Shown: positions 18,688 to 25,909, counted from the stretch's first letter. The stretch is 26,695 bases of DNA from a virus (IMGVR_UViG_3300048577_000537:1-26695), one strand, 5' to 3'. Translations and numbers: made by a program. The notes: a model not told the origin generated them from the sequence alone.

Positions 18688-18995
18688 GAGAATAAGTATC
18701 TATCGTTTTCTTGAATAATCGTAGTCGTAAATGGAAACCCTTCTTTAGGAATCTGCTGTATTGTATCCATCAACCCGGTCGAAGAAGTAAACACAATATA
18801 CTTCCTGTTATCAAACGAAATCTGCAAGTGCAAACACTTACCCGATCCTCTTTCTCTAAAGTCTTTAACCTTCGATTCTTCAACTTTAAAATCATGCACA
18901 ACAATCTCCCGGTTCAATATCCGGCTCATCTTTATCTTTTCGCCTTCAAACCCTTTGGCCGAAGCCTTTATATTAAATTGACTAAACGAATTCAT
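18684..18995 (-). CDS. RT-coupled 103 aa protein, candidate DGR accessory factor
   Basis: ATGA overlap with the RT stop; beta-strand-like sequence unlike the helical Avd. Role inferred from position. Confidence 0.6.
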   Translation of the reverse strand: MNSFSQFNIKASAKGFEGEKIKMSRILNREIVVHDFKVEESKVKDFRERGSGKCLHLQISFDNRKYIVFTSSTGLMDTIQQIPKEGFPFTTTIIQENDRYLFS

Positions 18996-19942
18996 TTTAA
19001 TAATTTGTTAAGTAAGTTGTTAGTATTAGCATGGCAAGCCCAACCGTAATAACTCGCAATCGACTTTTCGTTTCGGTTCTTCGCAAGCATCTTTGCAAAA
19101 TGCTTTTTAATCGATTTCCTTAACCGCGTATGCGTATGCCTAAACACATACCCAACAAAATCAATCCCGCGGGCCTCAACCGGAAACACCTGGCAATTGC
19201 CTTTAACCTCAAGCTTTAAATTTTCAAATAAATATCTTCTTATGTCCCATAACAACGCGTGCAGATATCGTTTATCACTCGATAATATCACCATATCATC
19301 CGCATACCTAAAGTAATATTTAACCCCTTTTACCTCTTTCAACCAGTGATCAAAATAGGTTAGATAAAAGTTAGCAAAGTATTGGCTTAGGTAATTACCA
19401 ATTGGCAACCCCGGAGCACTGTCAATAATTCCGTCGAGTAAATCAAGCAATGCAGCATCTTTAAACTTACGTCTCAATAAGCCCTTTAAAACCTCATGGT
19501 CAACGCTCGGATAAAACTTTTTCACATCCAGCTTCAGGCAATATTGAGTCTCATCAATATCCCTTAAAGCATCCTTTACAGCATCAGCCGCAGCGTGAAT
19601 ACCGCGTCCCTTAATGCAGCTATAAGTATCAGCCGTAAATGTCGATACAAAAACAGGTTCAAGAACATTCATTATAGCATGCTGTACAATCCTGTCAGGG
19701 TAGTATGGCAACCGAAATATAAGCCTTTCCTTAGGTTCAAATATCGTAAACGTCGTGTATGCCGAAGTGCGATAAGTACCATCAATCAACATCTGTTGTA
19801 ACGCAAGCAAATTGCTTTCCCTGTTTTTATCGTGATCAACAACACCAGGCTGTGTAAGCTTTCCTTTTCTCGCTATACTGTCAGCCAATTGAATATTTTC
19901 AAGGCTGCAAATATTTGAATATAAATTACCTATTCTTTTCAT
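18992..19942 (-). CDS. DGR reverse transcriptase (316 aa)
   Basis: PKERLI, DRIVQHA, GRGIHAA, LKLDVKKFYPSVDH, GLPIGNYLSQ (DGR SQ motif), RYADD, GIDFVGY; no maturase or endonuclease domain. Confidence 0.97.
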   Translation of the reverse strand: MKRIGNLYSNICSLENIQLADSIARKGKLTQPGVVDHDKNRESNLLALQQMLIDGTYRTSAYTTFTIFEPKERLIFRLPYYPDRIVQHAIMNVLEPVFVSTFTADTYSCIKGRGIHAAADAVKDALRDIDETQYCLKLDVKKFYPSVDHEVLKGLLRRKFKDAALLDLLDGIIDSAPGLPIGNYLSQYFANFYLTYFDHWLKEVKGVKYYFRYADDMVILSSDKRYLHALLWDIRRYLFENLKLEVKGNCQVFPVEARGIDFVGYVFRHTHTRLRKSIKKHFAKMLAKNRNEKSIASYYGWACHANTNNLLNKLLK

Positions 19943-20051
19943 TGTTTTACTCCTTTGCTTTTTAAAAGCTCACGTTCGCCGAAGCTACCAGTGCGCATTT
20001 TAAGAGAAATTGTTTTGCCATGTTGGCAAGGTCTATACTGCGTAAACTTTG
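19943..20051 (-). ncRNA. DGR RNA 3' spacer with hairpins
   Basis: TTGCCA-ACA-TGGCAA hairpin (20015-20029) and GC-TTCG-GC tetraloop element (19978-19985) between TR and RT. Confidence 0.55.
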
Positions 20052-20130
20052 GCAATTGCGGGAACTGACGTTCGAATTCGAGTTATCGTAGTTGTAATTC
20101 GCGTTCGAAAAACCGAAACTGGAAGACAAA
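20052..20130 (-). repeat. DGR template repeat (TR)
   Basis: Minus strand TTG TCT TCC AGT TTC GGT TTT TCG AAC GCG AAT TAC AAC TAC GAT AAC TCG AAT TCG AAC GTC AGT TCC CGC AAT TGC: 19 adenines, 7 AAY codons, none at third codon positions. Confidence 0.96.
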
Positions 20131-20165
20131 ACCATCAGCTCATTCAGCATACCACCCTGTTTCAA

Positions 20166-20585
20166 TTATTTATTTTCCTCGAATAAAAAATAATCCCGGT
20201 ACTCCGCCTCAAACTGCGCAGCAATGTACAACGCCTTCTCCCTCGTATCAGTACAAAGGCGGGAACCGACGTCCGAAAGCGAGTAAGCGTAGTTGAAATC
20301 CGCGCCCGAAAAACCGAAACCGGAAGACAAGATTTCAAACCAAGGATAGTATTTCAATTGATCATAATTACTCCAATCGGGTTTCCATCCGTTATTAATT
20401 GCTGCATATATAATCATCAGCTTGTACGCTGCAACTGTTGGTTTTCTAAATTCGTCCAACGGAACTTCAGGCAATTGATTCGGATCAATACCAAGCTTTT
20501 TACAAGCGTCTTCAAAAGTCCTAATCGATTTATAATCGAAAACATTAACTTTAACCTTAGCGGCATTCTTTGTTTTTGTTGTCAT
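20166..20585 (-). CDS. DGR target protein 1 (139 aa; possible minimal CLec-like fold)
   Basis: Contains VR1 (LSSGFGFSGADFNYAYSLSDVGSRLC); paralog of 20597..21055. Confidence 0.92.
   Translation of the reverse strand: MTTKTKNAAKVKVNVFDYKSIRTFEDACKKLGIDPNQLPEVPLDEFRKPTVAAYKLMIIYAAINNGWKPDWSNYDQLKYYPWFEILSSGFGFSGADFNYAYSLSDVGSRLCTDTREKALYIAAQFEAEYRDYFLFEENK
20254..20330 (-). repeat. Variable repeat VR1
   Basis: Ungapped 77 bp match to TR 20053-20129; 13 mismatches, all at TR adenines. Confidence 0.96.
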
Positions 20586-20596
20586 TATTTTTTTAA

Positions 20597-21055
20597 TTAA
20601 AGAGTTAATAAATCTTTGTACAAACTCTTAAACTGAGTTCCTGCATATACCGCCTGCTCTTCAGTCTCAAAGCAAAGGCGGGAACCGACGTACGAACCCG
20701 AGGCAACGTAGCGGCAATCCGCGCACGAAAAACCGAAACCGGAAGACAAACGAAACCACGGGTACCATTTGTACTGATCACTATAATTCCAGTCGGGAAC
20801 CCAACCGTTATTAATCGCCTTCGCTACCACCTTTAGTTTTTTGTAAGCCGCTTCATCAACTGTATCATTCGAGTTAACTACATCATTAGGCTCAACCCCT
20901 ACAGCATCACAAGCATCTTCAAAAGTCTTAATCTTGTTAAAAGACTTTTCTTTAAACATATCCTTACCAAACTCACTTTCAAGTTCAGCCTTAAACCAAT
21001 CCGGAGCCTCCGGATATAATCTTCTTGCGGTTTCTTTTGTAATAGTTAATTCCAT
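20597..21055 (-). CDS. DGR target protein 2 (152 aa)
   Basis: Contains VR2 (LSSGFGFSCADCRYVASGSYVGSRLC); shares TFEDAC, AINNGWxPDW and YPWF with target 1. Confidence 0.92.
   Translation of the reverse strand: MELTITKETARRLYPEAPDWFKAELESEFGKDMFKEKSFNKIKTFEDACDAVGVEPNDVVNSNDTVDEAAYKKLKVVAKAINNGWVPDWNYSDQYKWYPWFRLSSGFGFSCADCRYVASGSYVGSRLCFETEEQAVYAGTQFKSLYKDLLTL
20672..20750 (-). repeat. Variable repeat VR2
   Basis: Ungapped 79 bp match to TR 20052-20130; 16 mismatches, all at TR adenines. Confidence 0.96.
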
Positions 21056-21066
21056 TGTTTAAATAT

Positions 21067-21537
21067 TTATGAGTTTAAAAACTTAGAGAAATCATCACCA
21101 TCTTCTTTAACCTTGCCTCCAATCCGGTTCACCGTAGCAGGTGTAAAACCAAACTCCCTTCCTATCTTCAAAGCTTTTTGCAAAGCTCCGTCAGCTATGC
21201 GTTGCATCCCGGATACAAATGTCCTGGTTCCATTCATCCCGCCTCCTGCTTCAACCCGAGATTCAAGAGTATCGAATGTATCGTTAGCATCCATGTATAT
21301 TCCAATCTCATTACAGTAAGCAACGAATTGAGGCAAGTTGGTTGCTGTTAAAATACCAGAGGCAAGCGCAGAAGCTCCTAGCGTTTTGTAAATTCGCTTA
21401 GAGGTCTTAGAAAAAGTTTTTGGAGGAGCAGGCAATTTTTGCAAATCACCAAAATCAACATTGCTCATCCGGCACTTTTGGTCAGTGCCTCTAAGTTGTT
21501 TTATCTTGTCAGGTAATTTAGATCTTCCCATTTTCAT
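21067..21537 (-). CDS. terS: Terminase small subunit, P27-like (start probably 21537 or 21531 rather than 21585)
   Basis: MGRSKLPDKIKQLRGT...PAPPK...AYC...EFGFTPATVNRI pattern. Confidence 0.85.
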   Translation of the reverse strand: MKMGRSKLPDKIKQLRGTDQKCRMSNVDFGDLQKLPAPPKTFSKTSKRIYKTLGASALASGILTATNLPQFVAYCNEIGIYMDANDTFDTLESRVEAGGGMNGTRTFVSGMQRIADGALQKALKIGREFGFTPATVNRIGGKVKEDGDDFSKFLNS

Positions 21538-21539
21538 GT

Positions 21540-21620
21540 TAAATTTTGCACGTGTGTCTTTTTGGGTTAGCAACGGTATGCACATTAAAGGTGGTTGAGA
21601 TTTTACCCCCTACTCCTATG
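21540..21620. other. Candidate cos/packaging-initiation region
   Basis: Immediately upstream of terS, where HNH/HK97-type phages carry cos. Minus strand TAGGGGGTAAAATCTC...ACACACGTGCAAAATTT resembles, from memory, motifs at such sites. The cut site cannot be determined. Confidence 0.45.
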
Positions 21621-21630
21621 CGCTCACTTA

Positions 21631-22182
21631 TTAATCATAAATCGTACATGGCATTATAAGCCCTCTGACATTAGTGTTACTTGTAAGTCTTACAACCACA
21701 GCTCTATTACATCCGTGAAAGGTTAGTTTAAGATTATCTAAATCATCTTCACCTCGCATAGTCAAACACAATCTATTAAGTAAAGAGGGCTTAATTCCGA
21801 TTTCACCAACTTCTCCTTTATCTGTTTCTTTAGGGAATACTTGATTAAAATCAGGATACGAACCAATGCTTTTCTCTGTATATATGGGATAATAAACCTC
21901 TCCGTAAGAATAAATTACCCTTATCATTTCTTTGTCAAATGTGACAAATAAATGCTTCTTACACATTAGTTGCCAATGCTTCGAATTAATCAAAAATCTA
22001 TCCGGCATTGATGCAATAAATTCTTCATCAAATAAATTAGATGTGGCATGGTTCACTAAAATATGAGCGTCTGATGCACAAACATCACTTTTCGTAACGA
22101 GTATGTGATTCATAACCGGCCTCAATTCATCACTAGAGCACGCTAGATGTAATTTTGGAAGTGATTTAAATTGCGTTTTCAT
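21631..22182 (-). CDS. Half-length DNA polymerase III beta-clamp-like protein (183 aa)
   Basis: ACSSDELRPVMNHI...ASDAHILV, GSYPDFNQVFP and terminal GLIMP echo DnaN domain II-III motifs. Confidence 0.7.
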   Translation of the reverse strand: MKTQFKSLPKLHLACSSDELRPVMNHILVTKSDVCASDAHILVNHATSNLFDEEFIASMPDRFLINSKHWQLMCKKHLFVTFDKEMIRVIYSYGEVYYPIYTEKSIGSYPDFNQVFPKETDKGEVGEIGIKPSLLNRLCLTMRGEDDLDNLKLTFHGCNRAVVVRLTSNTNVRGLIMPCTIYD

Positions 22183-22256
22183 TTTACTTATTTATATTAA
22201 TTTTTAATAACTACTTATATATTTATATATTAATTAATTACGATAAGCCAGTAAAT

Positions 22257-23189
22257 TTAATGTTTACAGCCCCGTTTTTTAATTTCGAATGCTTTTTCGA
22301 GTGATTTTATACCTGAATCATCTTTCGTTAATTTATCACCGAAAGACTTCGTGTATAGCTCGGTTGTAGCTGGGGATGAATGCCCCATATAAACCTGCAC
22401 ATAGTAGATGTCATAACCCTCGTTTAACAGCGTCGTGGCCGTTGTGTGTCTGAGTGAATGAGCTGAGTAAAGCGAAGAGTTTAAACCTATGTTAAACAAA
22501 TACTTCTTAACTGTCTTACTGATCGAGTCAACTGTTAGCCGGTTATCTCTCCCGTATCCGCAGGAATTGAATAAAGGTTTACTATCATCAAACTCCTTTC
22601 TTGTACAAATAAAATCCTGTATTGCGTAGAACAAATCGGAAGACAAACCTTTGTACTGGTCCTTTGTCTTGAATCCCTTACGCTGCACCCGGAGAGCATA
22701 ACCTCCGTTTATCTCAATCAAATCACCAACATTAAGCCGTTGTACTTCAACCCGCCTTAATCCTGTCATAATCATAAGATAAAGCATTGCATAATCGCGC
22801 TTGCCTTTATTTGTAGACATATCAACCGAGTCGAGAAGCTTTGTCACCTGATCTTTAGTGAGAGGCATCCGGCGATACTCGTGTAGGATCTTATCTTGCT
22901 TTATTCCCCGGGCGACATTCGTATATAAGCTATTGTCTTCAAGCCACTCATAAAACCGCCTTACAACAGAGATATAAAGGTTTGTAGTCTTTACACCCAA
23001 CACTTTGTTAAGCTGTCGTTTGTAGTTTATAATATCAGCTTTTTTCACCTGGTTAAATTCTATCTTGTTGACAAATAACCATTTTATAAACTGATTCATA
23101 ACTCGTTCATAAGTCTTCAAAGAAGCTTCATTTACCGAAAGCTCTGAGTAAAAATCTTTAGTAACCTTACTTATTTTCAACGATTCCAT
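22257..23189 (-). CDS. Tyrosine recombinase, XerC/D-like (start probably 23189)
   Basis: RDYAML...TGLRRVE, RKG, HSLRHT, MGHSS, TELY catalytic set. The longer ORF to 23285 overlaps the HNH gene. Confidence 0.92.
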   Translation of the reverse strand: MESLKISKVTKDFYSELSVNEASLKTYERVMNQFIKWLFVNKIEFNQVKKADIINYKRQLNKVLGVKTTNLYISVVRRFYEWLEDNSLYTNVARGIKQDKILHEYRRMPLTKDQVTKLLDSVDMSTNKGKRDYAMLYLMIMTGLRRVEVQRLNVGDLIEINGGYALRVQRKGFKTKDQYKGLSSDLFYAIQDFICTRKEFDDSKPLFNSCGYGRDNRLTVDSISKTVKKYLFNIGLNSSLYSAHSLRHTTATTLLNEGYDIYYVQVYMGHSSPATTELYTKSFGDKLTKDDSGIKSLEKAFEIKKRGCKH

Positions 23190-23499
23190 GACGTTCTTTT
23201 CCTGATTTACTGTTATGACACGAAGCGCAAAGGCCCTGTAAGTACTTCCAGTCGCATGCATCCTCACCCGCTTTCTGTAGTTCAATAAGCTGCTTTTTAT
23301 GATCGACTACCGTTGCAAGTCTTGTGATACCTTTCTTCTTACAATCAGCGCAAAGAGGAAAAACATTCAAAAACTCGCGACGCGTTTTTCTCCATATCGC
23401 TGAATTGTAAAAAGCCGAATTATCAACGGTCCTACCTTCATGAGCCTTTGTTTTCTCCGGCTCCCACGGCCTCCGGTTATTTCTTAATTTATTTGGCAC
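23167..23499 (-). CDS. HNH endonuclease (HK97 gp74-like terminase cofactor)
   Basis: FYNSAIWRKTR...PLCADC...VVDH...LQGLCASCHNSKSG. Confidence 0.9.
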   Translation of the reverse strand: MPNKLRNNRRPWEPEKTKAHEGRTVDNSAFYNSAIWRKTRREFLNVFPLCADCKKKGITRLATVVDHKKQLIELQKAGEDACDWKYLQGLCASCHNSKSGKERHGIVENK

Positions 23500-24025
23500 T
23501 TATTATCGTTTTTAGTAACGGTTTGAAGACATGGTAAGGATTCTTACCACTTTCTATAACCTCGGCAACTTCACGAGCATAAATATTGTCAACATCGTAA
23601 CCATCACACCGCATATTTATCAACCACACCGATGCTTGAACTATGGGAGAATTCGTCGTAAATTTCCCTTCAGCACGAGCTTTATCCTCCATAGCGTTTA
23701 TAAACTTTTCAGCATTTTTTCTCTCTTTTTCCTTCCATTCTGCTATATAATCGTTAAGGCTAGACAGCAACGTTTGAACAGTTATCTTCTTTAATCCTAC
23801 CTTGCCAGCTATAGCATCTTCGTAGTAACGATATAACAACCCCAAAGGAACTTTCGGGTTCTTGAAATACAAGCTTCGCCAAATTTCTGAAGCAACAAAC
23901 GTTATCTCATCCTGAGTATGTGCGTTACCCATAGCCTTATTAAGCCTTAAAACCATATTTGCAATTTTGGTTTTAAATTCAATTTGAGCCATCTCGCAAA
24001 ACTGCGTGTTAACTGATGTTTCCAT
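23489..24025 (-). CDS. Hypothetical protein coupled to the replication initiator
   Basis: Overlaps the initiator stop; occupies the helicase-loader position, but no motif recognised. Confidence 0.65.
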   Translation of the reverse strand: METSVNTQFCEMAQIEFKTKIANMVLRLNKAMGNAHTQDEITFVASEIWRSLYFKNPKVPLGLLYRYYEDAIAGKVGLKKITVQTLLSSLNDYIAEWKEKERKNAEKFINAMEDKARAEGKFTTNSPIVQASVWLINMRCDGYDVDNIYAREVAEVIESGKNPYHVFKPLLKTIISAK

Positions 24026-24795
24026 TATCGAATATTTTTAAGTACTTCGTCTTCGTTTATTTCGTTGTATCCGAATCTACCAGTAGTTTGACGGTTATTA
24101 CGTCGATCCTCCCAATCAAGAGACCTAGTTAAAGCTGTTTTCCAATTCGTCATCTTGTTCTTACCTACCATCCAATTTTTACTATCGTAAAACATCATGA
24201 ATCTTTCAGCGTAGTAGTTCACGTCAGACTCTTTTATTTTTTTTTCAGAAATTAAAAAAGAAATAATATCGTTTTTGGATGGAGCGGAAAAACGATTTTG
24301 TTTTTCCTTATAATCCTTTACTATACTATCATCTCCTTTACTTTCCTTTACTTTACTCTCCTTTACTCTACTCTTATTTACTAGCGATGAATTGCGATCG
24401 CATTGCGATTGCTCAGCGATTGCAATGCGATCGCCCCACCTTTTCTCGTTACCTTTTATTCCAGCTAATGAACGTTTAACTCGTTTATCCTCTAAGCTCT
24501 TCATTCGATCACATAGAGACTGAGAAAAAAATAAAATATCATCCTTCACAATAAAAAGATTGTAGCTTAAAACAACAGCTTTCATCTTTTCAAATGTGGT
24601 ATTGAATCGTCTTGCTAAAGCTGGAAGTAATTGAATCGGGTAACAATACCCTGGCTGATCTCTTAGAGTTTCAATCAAAACCCAGTATATTCCATAACCC
24701 TCTAATCCTAGCTGTTCTATTAGCATAATGCATTTGGGGTCATCTTTTGCGTTACTATCGTGCGGAAAATAGTATGCGTCCTTTTTCATGTTCAT
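24025..24795 (-). CDS. Replication initiator-like protein (DUF4373 / Lin1244-type N-terminus)
   Basis: YYFPHDSNAKDDPK...GLEGYGIYWVLIE; low-complexity linker; C-terminal FYDSKNWMVGKNKMTNWK. Confidence 0.85.
   Translation of the reverse strand: MNMKKDAYYFPHDSNAKDDPKCIMLIEQLGLEGYGIYWVLIETLRDQPGYCYPIQLLPALARRFNTTFEKMKAVVLSYNLFIVKDDILFFSQSLCDRMKSLEDKRVKRSLAGIKGNEKRWGDRIAIAEQSQCDRNSSLVNKSRVKESKVKESKGDDSIVKDYKEKQNRFSAPSKNDIISFLISEKKIKESDVNYYAERFMMFYDSKNWMVGKNKMTNWKTALTRSLDWEDRRNNRQTTGRFGYNEINEDEVLKNIR
24330..24434. repeat. Probable replication origin inside the initiator gene
   Basis: GCGAT at 24384, 24394, 24405, 24416, 24427 (10-11 bp period); 13 bp inverted repeat 24394-24406/24422-24434; adjacent CTTTAC-type pyrimidine tract. 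Confidence 0.7.
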
Positions 24796-24796
24796 T

Positions 24797-24898
24797 TCAA
24801 TTCAATTTAAATCCATTCAAGGCTAAAAGAACCACAAAGCATATTGCGCAAACGACATAAAAAATCGTCATAAAAAGCGCTGTTAATATTGTTTTCAT
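24797..24898 (-). CDS. 33 aa hydrophobic peptide (not in ORF track)
   Basis: MKTILTALFMTIFYVVCAICFVVLLALNGFKLN; stop is 1 nt before the initiator ATG. Confidence 0.55.
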   Translation of the reverse strand: MKTILTALFMTIFYVVCAICFVVLLALNGFKLN

Positions 24899-24916
24899 AC
24901 TTCAAAAGTTTTGTTT

Positions 24917-24984
24917 TGTGGAGATATCAGGACTCGAACCCAATATTTATAAAAGCTTACGTTTTGCCATTTTCGCCAATCTCC
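24917..24984 (-). ncRNA. tRNA-like element / pseudo-tRNA lacking an anticodon arm
   Basis: GGAGAT...ATCTCC-A acceptor stem, TGGCGAAAATGG D-region, TTGGG-TTCGAGT-CCTGA T-arm; only ~15 AT-rich nt between D and T arms. Confidence 0.65.
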
Positions 24985-24995
24985 TTTTTTATTTA

Positions 24996-25025
24996 AAAGC
25001 TGTGGTCCTCACGGGTAACAGCTTT
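24996..25025 (-). other. RNA hairpin with GNRA-type loop
   Basis: AAAGCTGT-tac-CC-GTGA-GG-acc-ACAGCTTT on the minus strand, just 5' of the tRNA-like element. Confidence 0.5.
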
Positions 25026-25059
25026 ATCCTAACCAACTGCTATTCCTAGCCTTATTTTG

Positions 25060-25212
25060 TTATATTATTTTAGTCGTTCTTTGGTAATAACTCACAGATT
25101 TGCCGTTTTTATTCCTAGACGAGATGTAACTTATAACACCAGAAACAAACGCAACTAATGCGATAATCAATAAAACGCAAATCGTTAAAACCATAAAAAT
25201 TAACTGTTCCAT
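25060..25212 (-). CDS. 50 aa single-pass membrane peptide (not in ORF track)
   Basis: MEQLIFMVLTICVLLIIALVAFVSGVISYISSRNKNGKSVSYYQRTTKII; starts 11 nt after the upstream stop. Confidence 0.6.
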   Translation of the reverse strand: MEQLIFMVLTICVLLIIALVAFVSGVISYISSRNKNGKSVSYYQRTTKII

Positions 25213-25223
25213 TTTGTTAGCTT

Positions 25224-25535
25224 TTAATTATATCCTTTCCGAACAAAATACCTTTCATACATATCTTTCCTCTCCTGCTTCCTGTCACGTCTTTTTCGCT
25301 CAGGTTTGCAGCCGCTAATAGTTTCCAATTCTTCACGAAAAAACCGCTCCATTTTTTTAAACTCGCCTATAAGTATAAGAGCGCGTTTCAACATTCTTTC
25401 TCTGTCTGCATCGTAGCTGGGAGAAACTTCTCCCAGTTCAGATGCTTCTACTCGACGTTCCGCATTGTCGACGTTTATTGTTATATCATCAATCTCCGAT
25501 TGACTTAATGCCCTTGGAAGTATATCTCCTTTCAT
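25224..25535 (-). CDS. Hypothetical protein
   Basis: ATGA-coupled ORF in the early operon. Confidence 0.65.
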   Translation of the reverse strand: MKGDILPRALSQSEIDDITINVDNAERRVEASELGEVSPSYDADRERMLKRALILIGEFKKMERFFREELETISGCKPERKRRDRKQERKDMYERYFVRKGYN

Positions 25536-25909
25536 ATGTAATAATTATTATCGTTTCTTTTAGGCGCTCTAACCCTTGCGTATCTTGACGATAGGAAAAA
25601 GCGTATTATCTTTTGCTCATTATACATACCTATCCCAACCAGCGCCAAAAGGCAAAAGGCAATTAATTTTCGAACATTTTCAGGCAGGTTAAGACTTAGA
25701 TTATATCGGGTACAGAAATACCATGCCGCTAGTTCTGTATCCTTGCGGGTGCCTGTTTTAATAAAAATATTCTTCAACTGGTTATCTATCGTATGTGTCG
25801 ATCTGCCGCGCAAAATGGCAATCTCTTTCTTTGTAAGTCCGCAGGCGTATAACTCTGTTACTTCTCTTTCTACCTGTGGTAAATCGCAATATTTAAAAGC
25901 TAGGTTCAT
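25532..25909 (-). CDS. LuxR/GerE-type HTH regulator with hydrophobic C-terminal segment
   Basis: EREVTELYACGLTKKEIA...STHTIDNQLKNIFIKTG. Confidence 0.85.
   Translation of the reverse strand: MNLAFKYCDLPQVEREVTELYACGLTKKEIAILRGRSTHTIDNQLKNIFIKTGTRKDTELAAWYFCTRYNLSLNLPENVRKLIAFCLLALVGIGMYNEQKIIRFFLSSRYARVRAPKRNDNNYYI

Larger units (their letters stand above)
18684..21055 (-). mobile_element. Diversity-generating retroelement cassette: target2-target1-TR-spacer-RT-accessory
   Basis: RT plus one TR and two VRs with strictly adenine-specific differences. Confidence 0.95.

Noticed and set aside
18992-19942. RT as group II intron, retron or Abi/defence RT
   Set aside because: Short RT with the SQ motif, no maturase domain, and a clear TR/VR adenine signature indicate a DGR.
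19962-20165. 67 aa ORF spanning the TR
   Set aside because: TTG start; its openness is largely explained by the stop-free TR. Treated as non-coding, though translation is not excluded.
21538-21585. N-terminal extension of terS
   Set aside because: P27-like TerS proteins typically begin near the GR motif; this segment is more likely non-coding packaging sequence.
22637-22648. CGGAAGACAAAC match to the VR2 end inside the recombinase gene
   Set aside because: Only 12 nt; it does not extend even when adenine mismatches are allowed, so it is likely chance.
23190-23285. N-terminal extension of the recombinase ORF
   Set aside because: Overlaps the HNH catalytic region; the ATG at 23189 is more plausible.
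24917-24984. Functional decoding tRNA or attachment site
   Set aside because: No anticodon stem-loop can be drawn, no second copy was seen, and phage genes lie on both sides.
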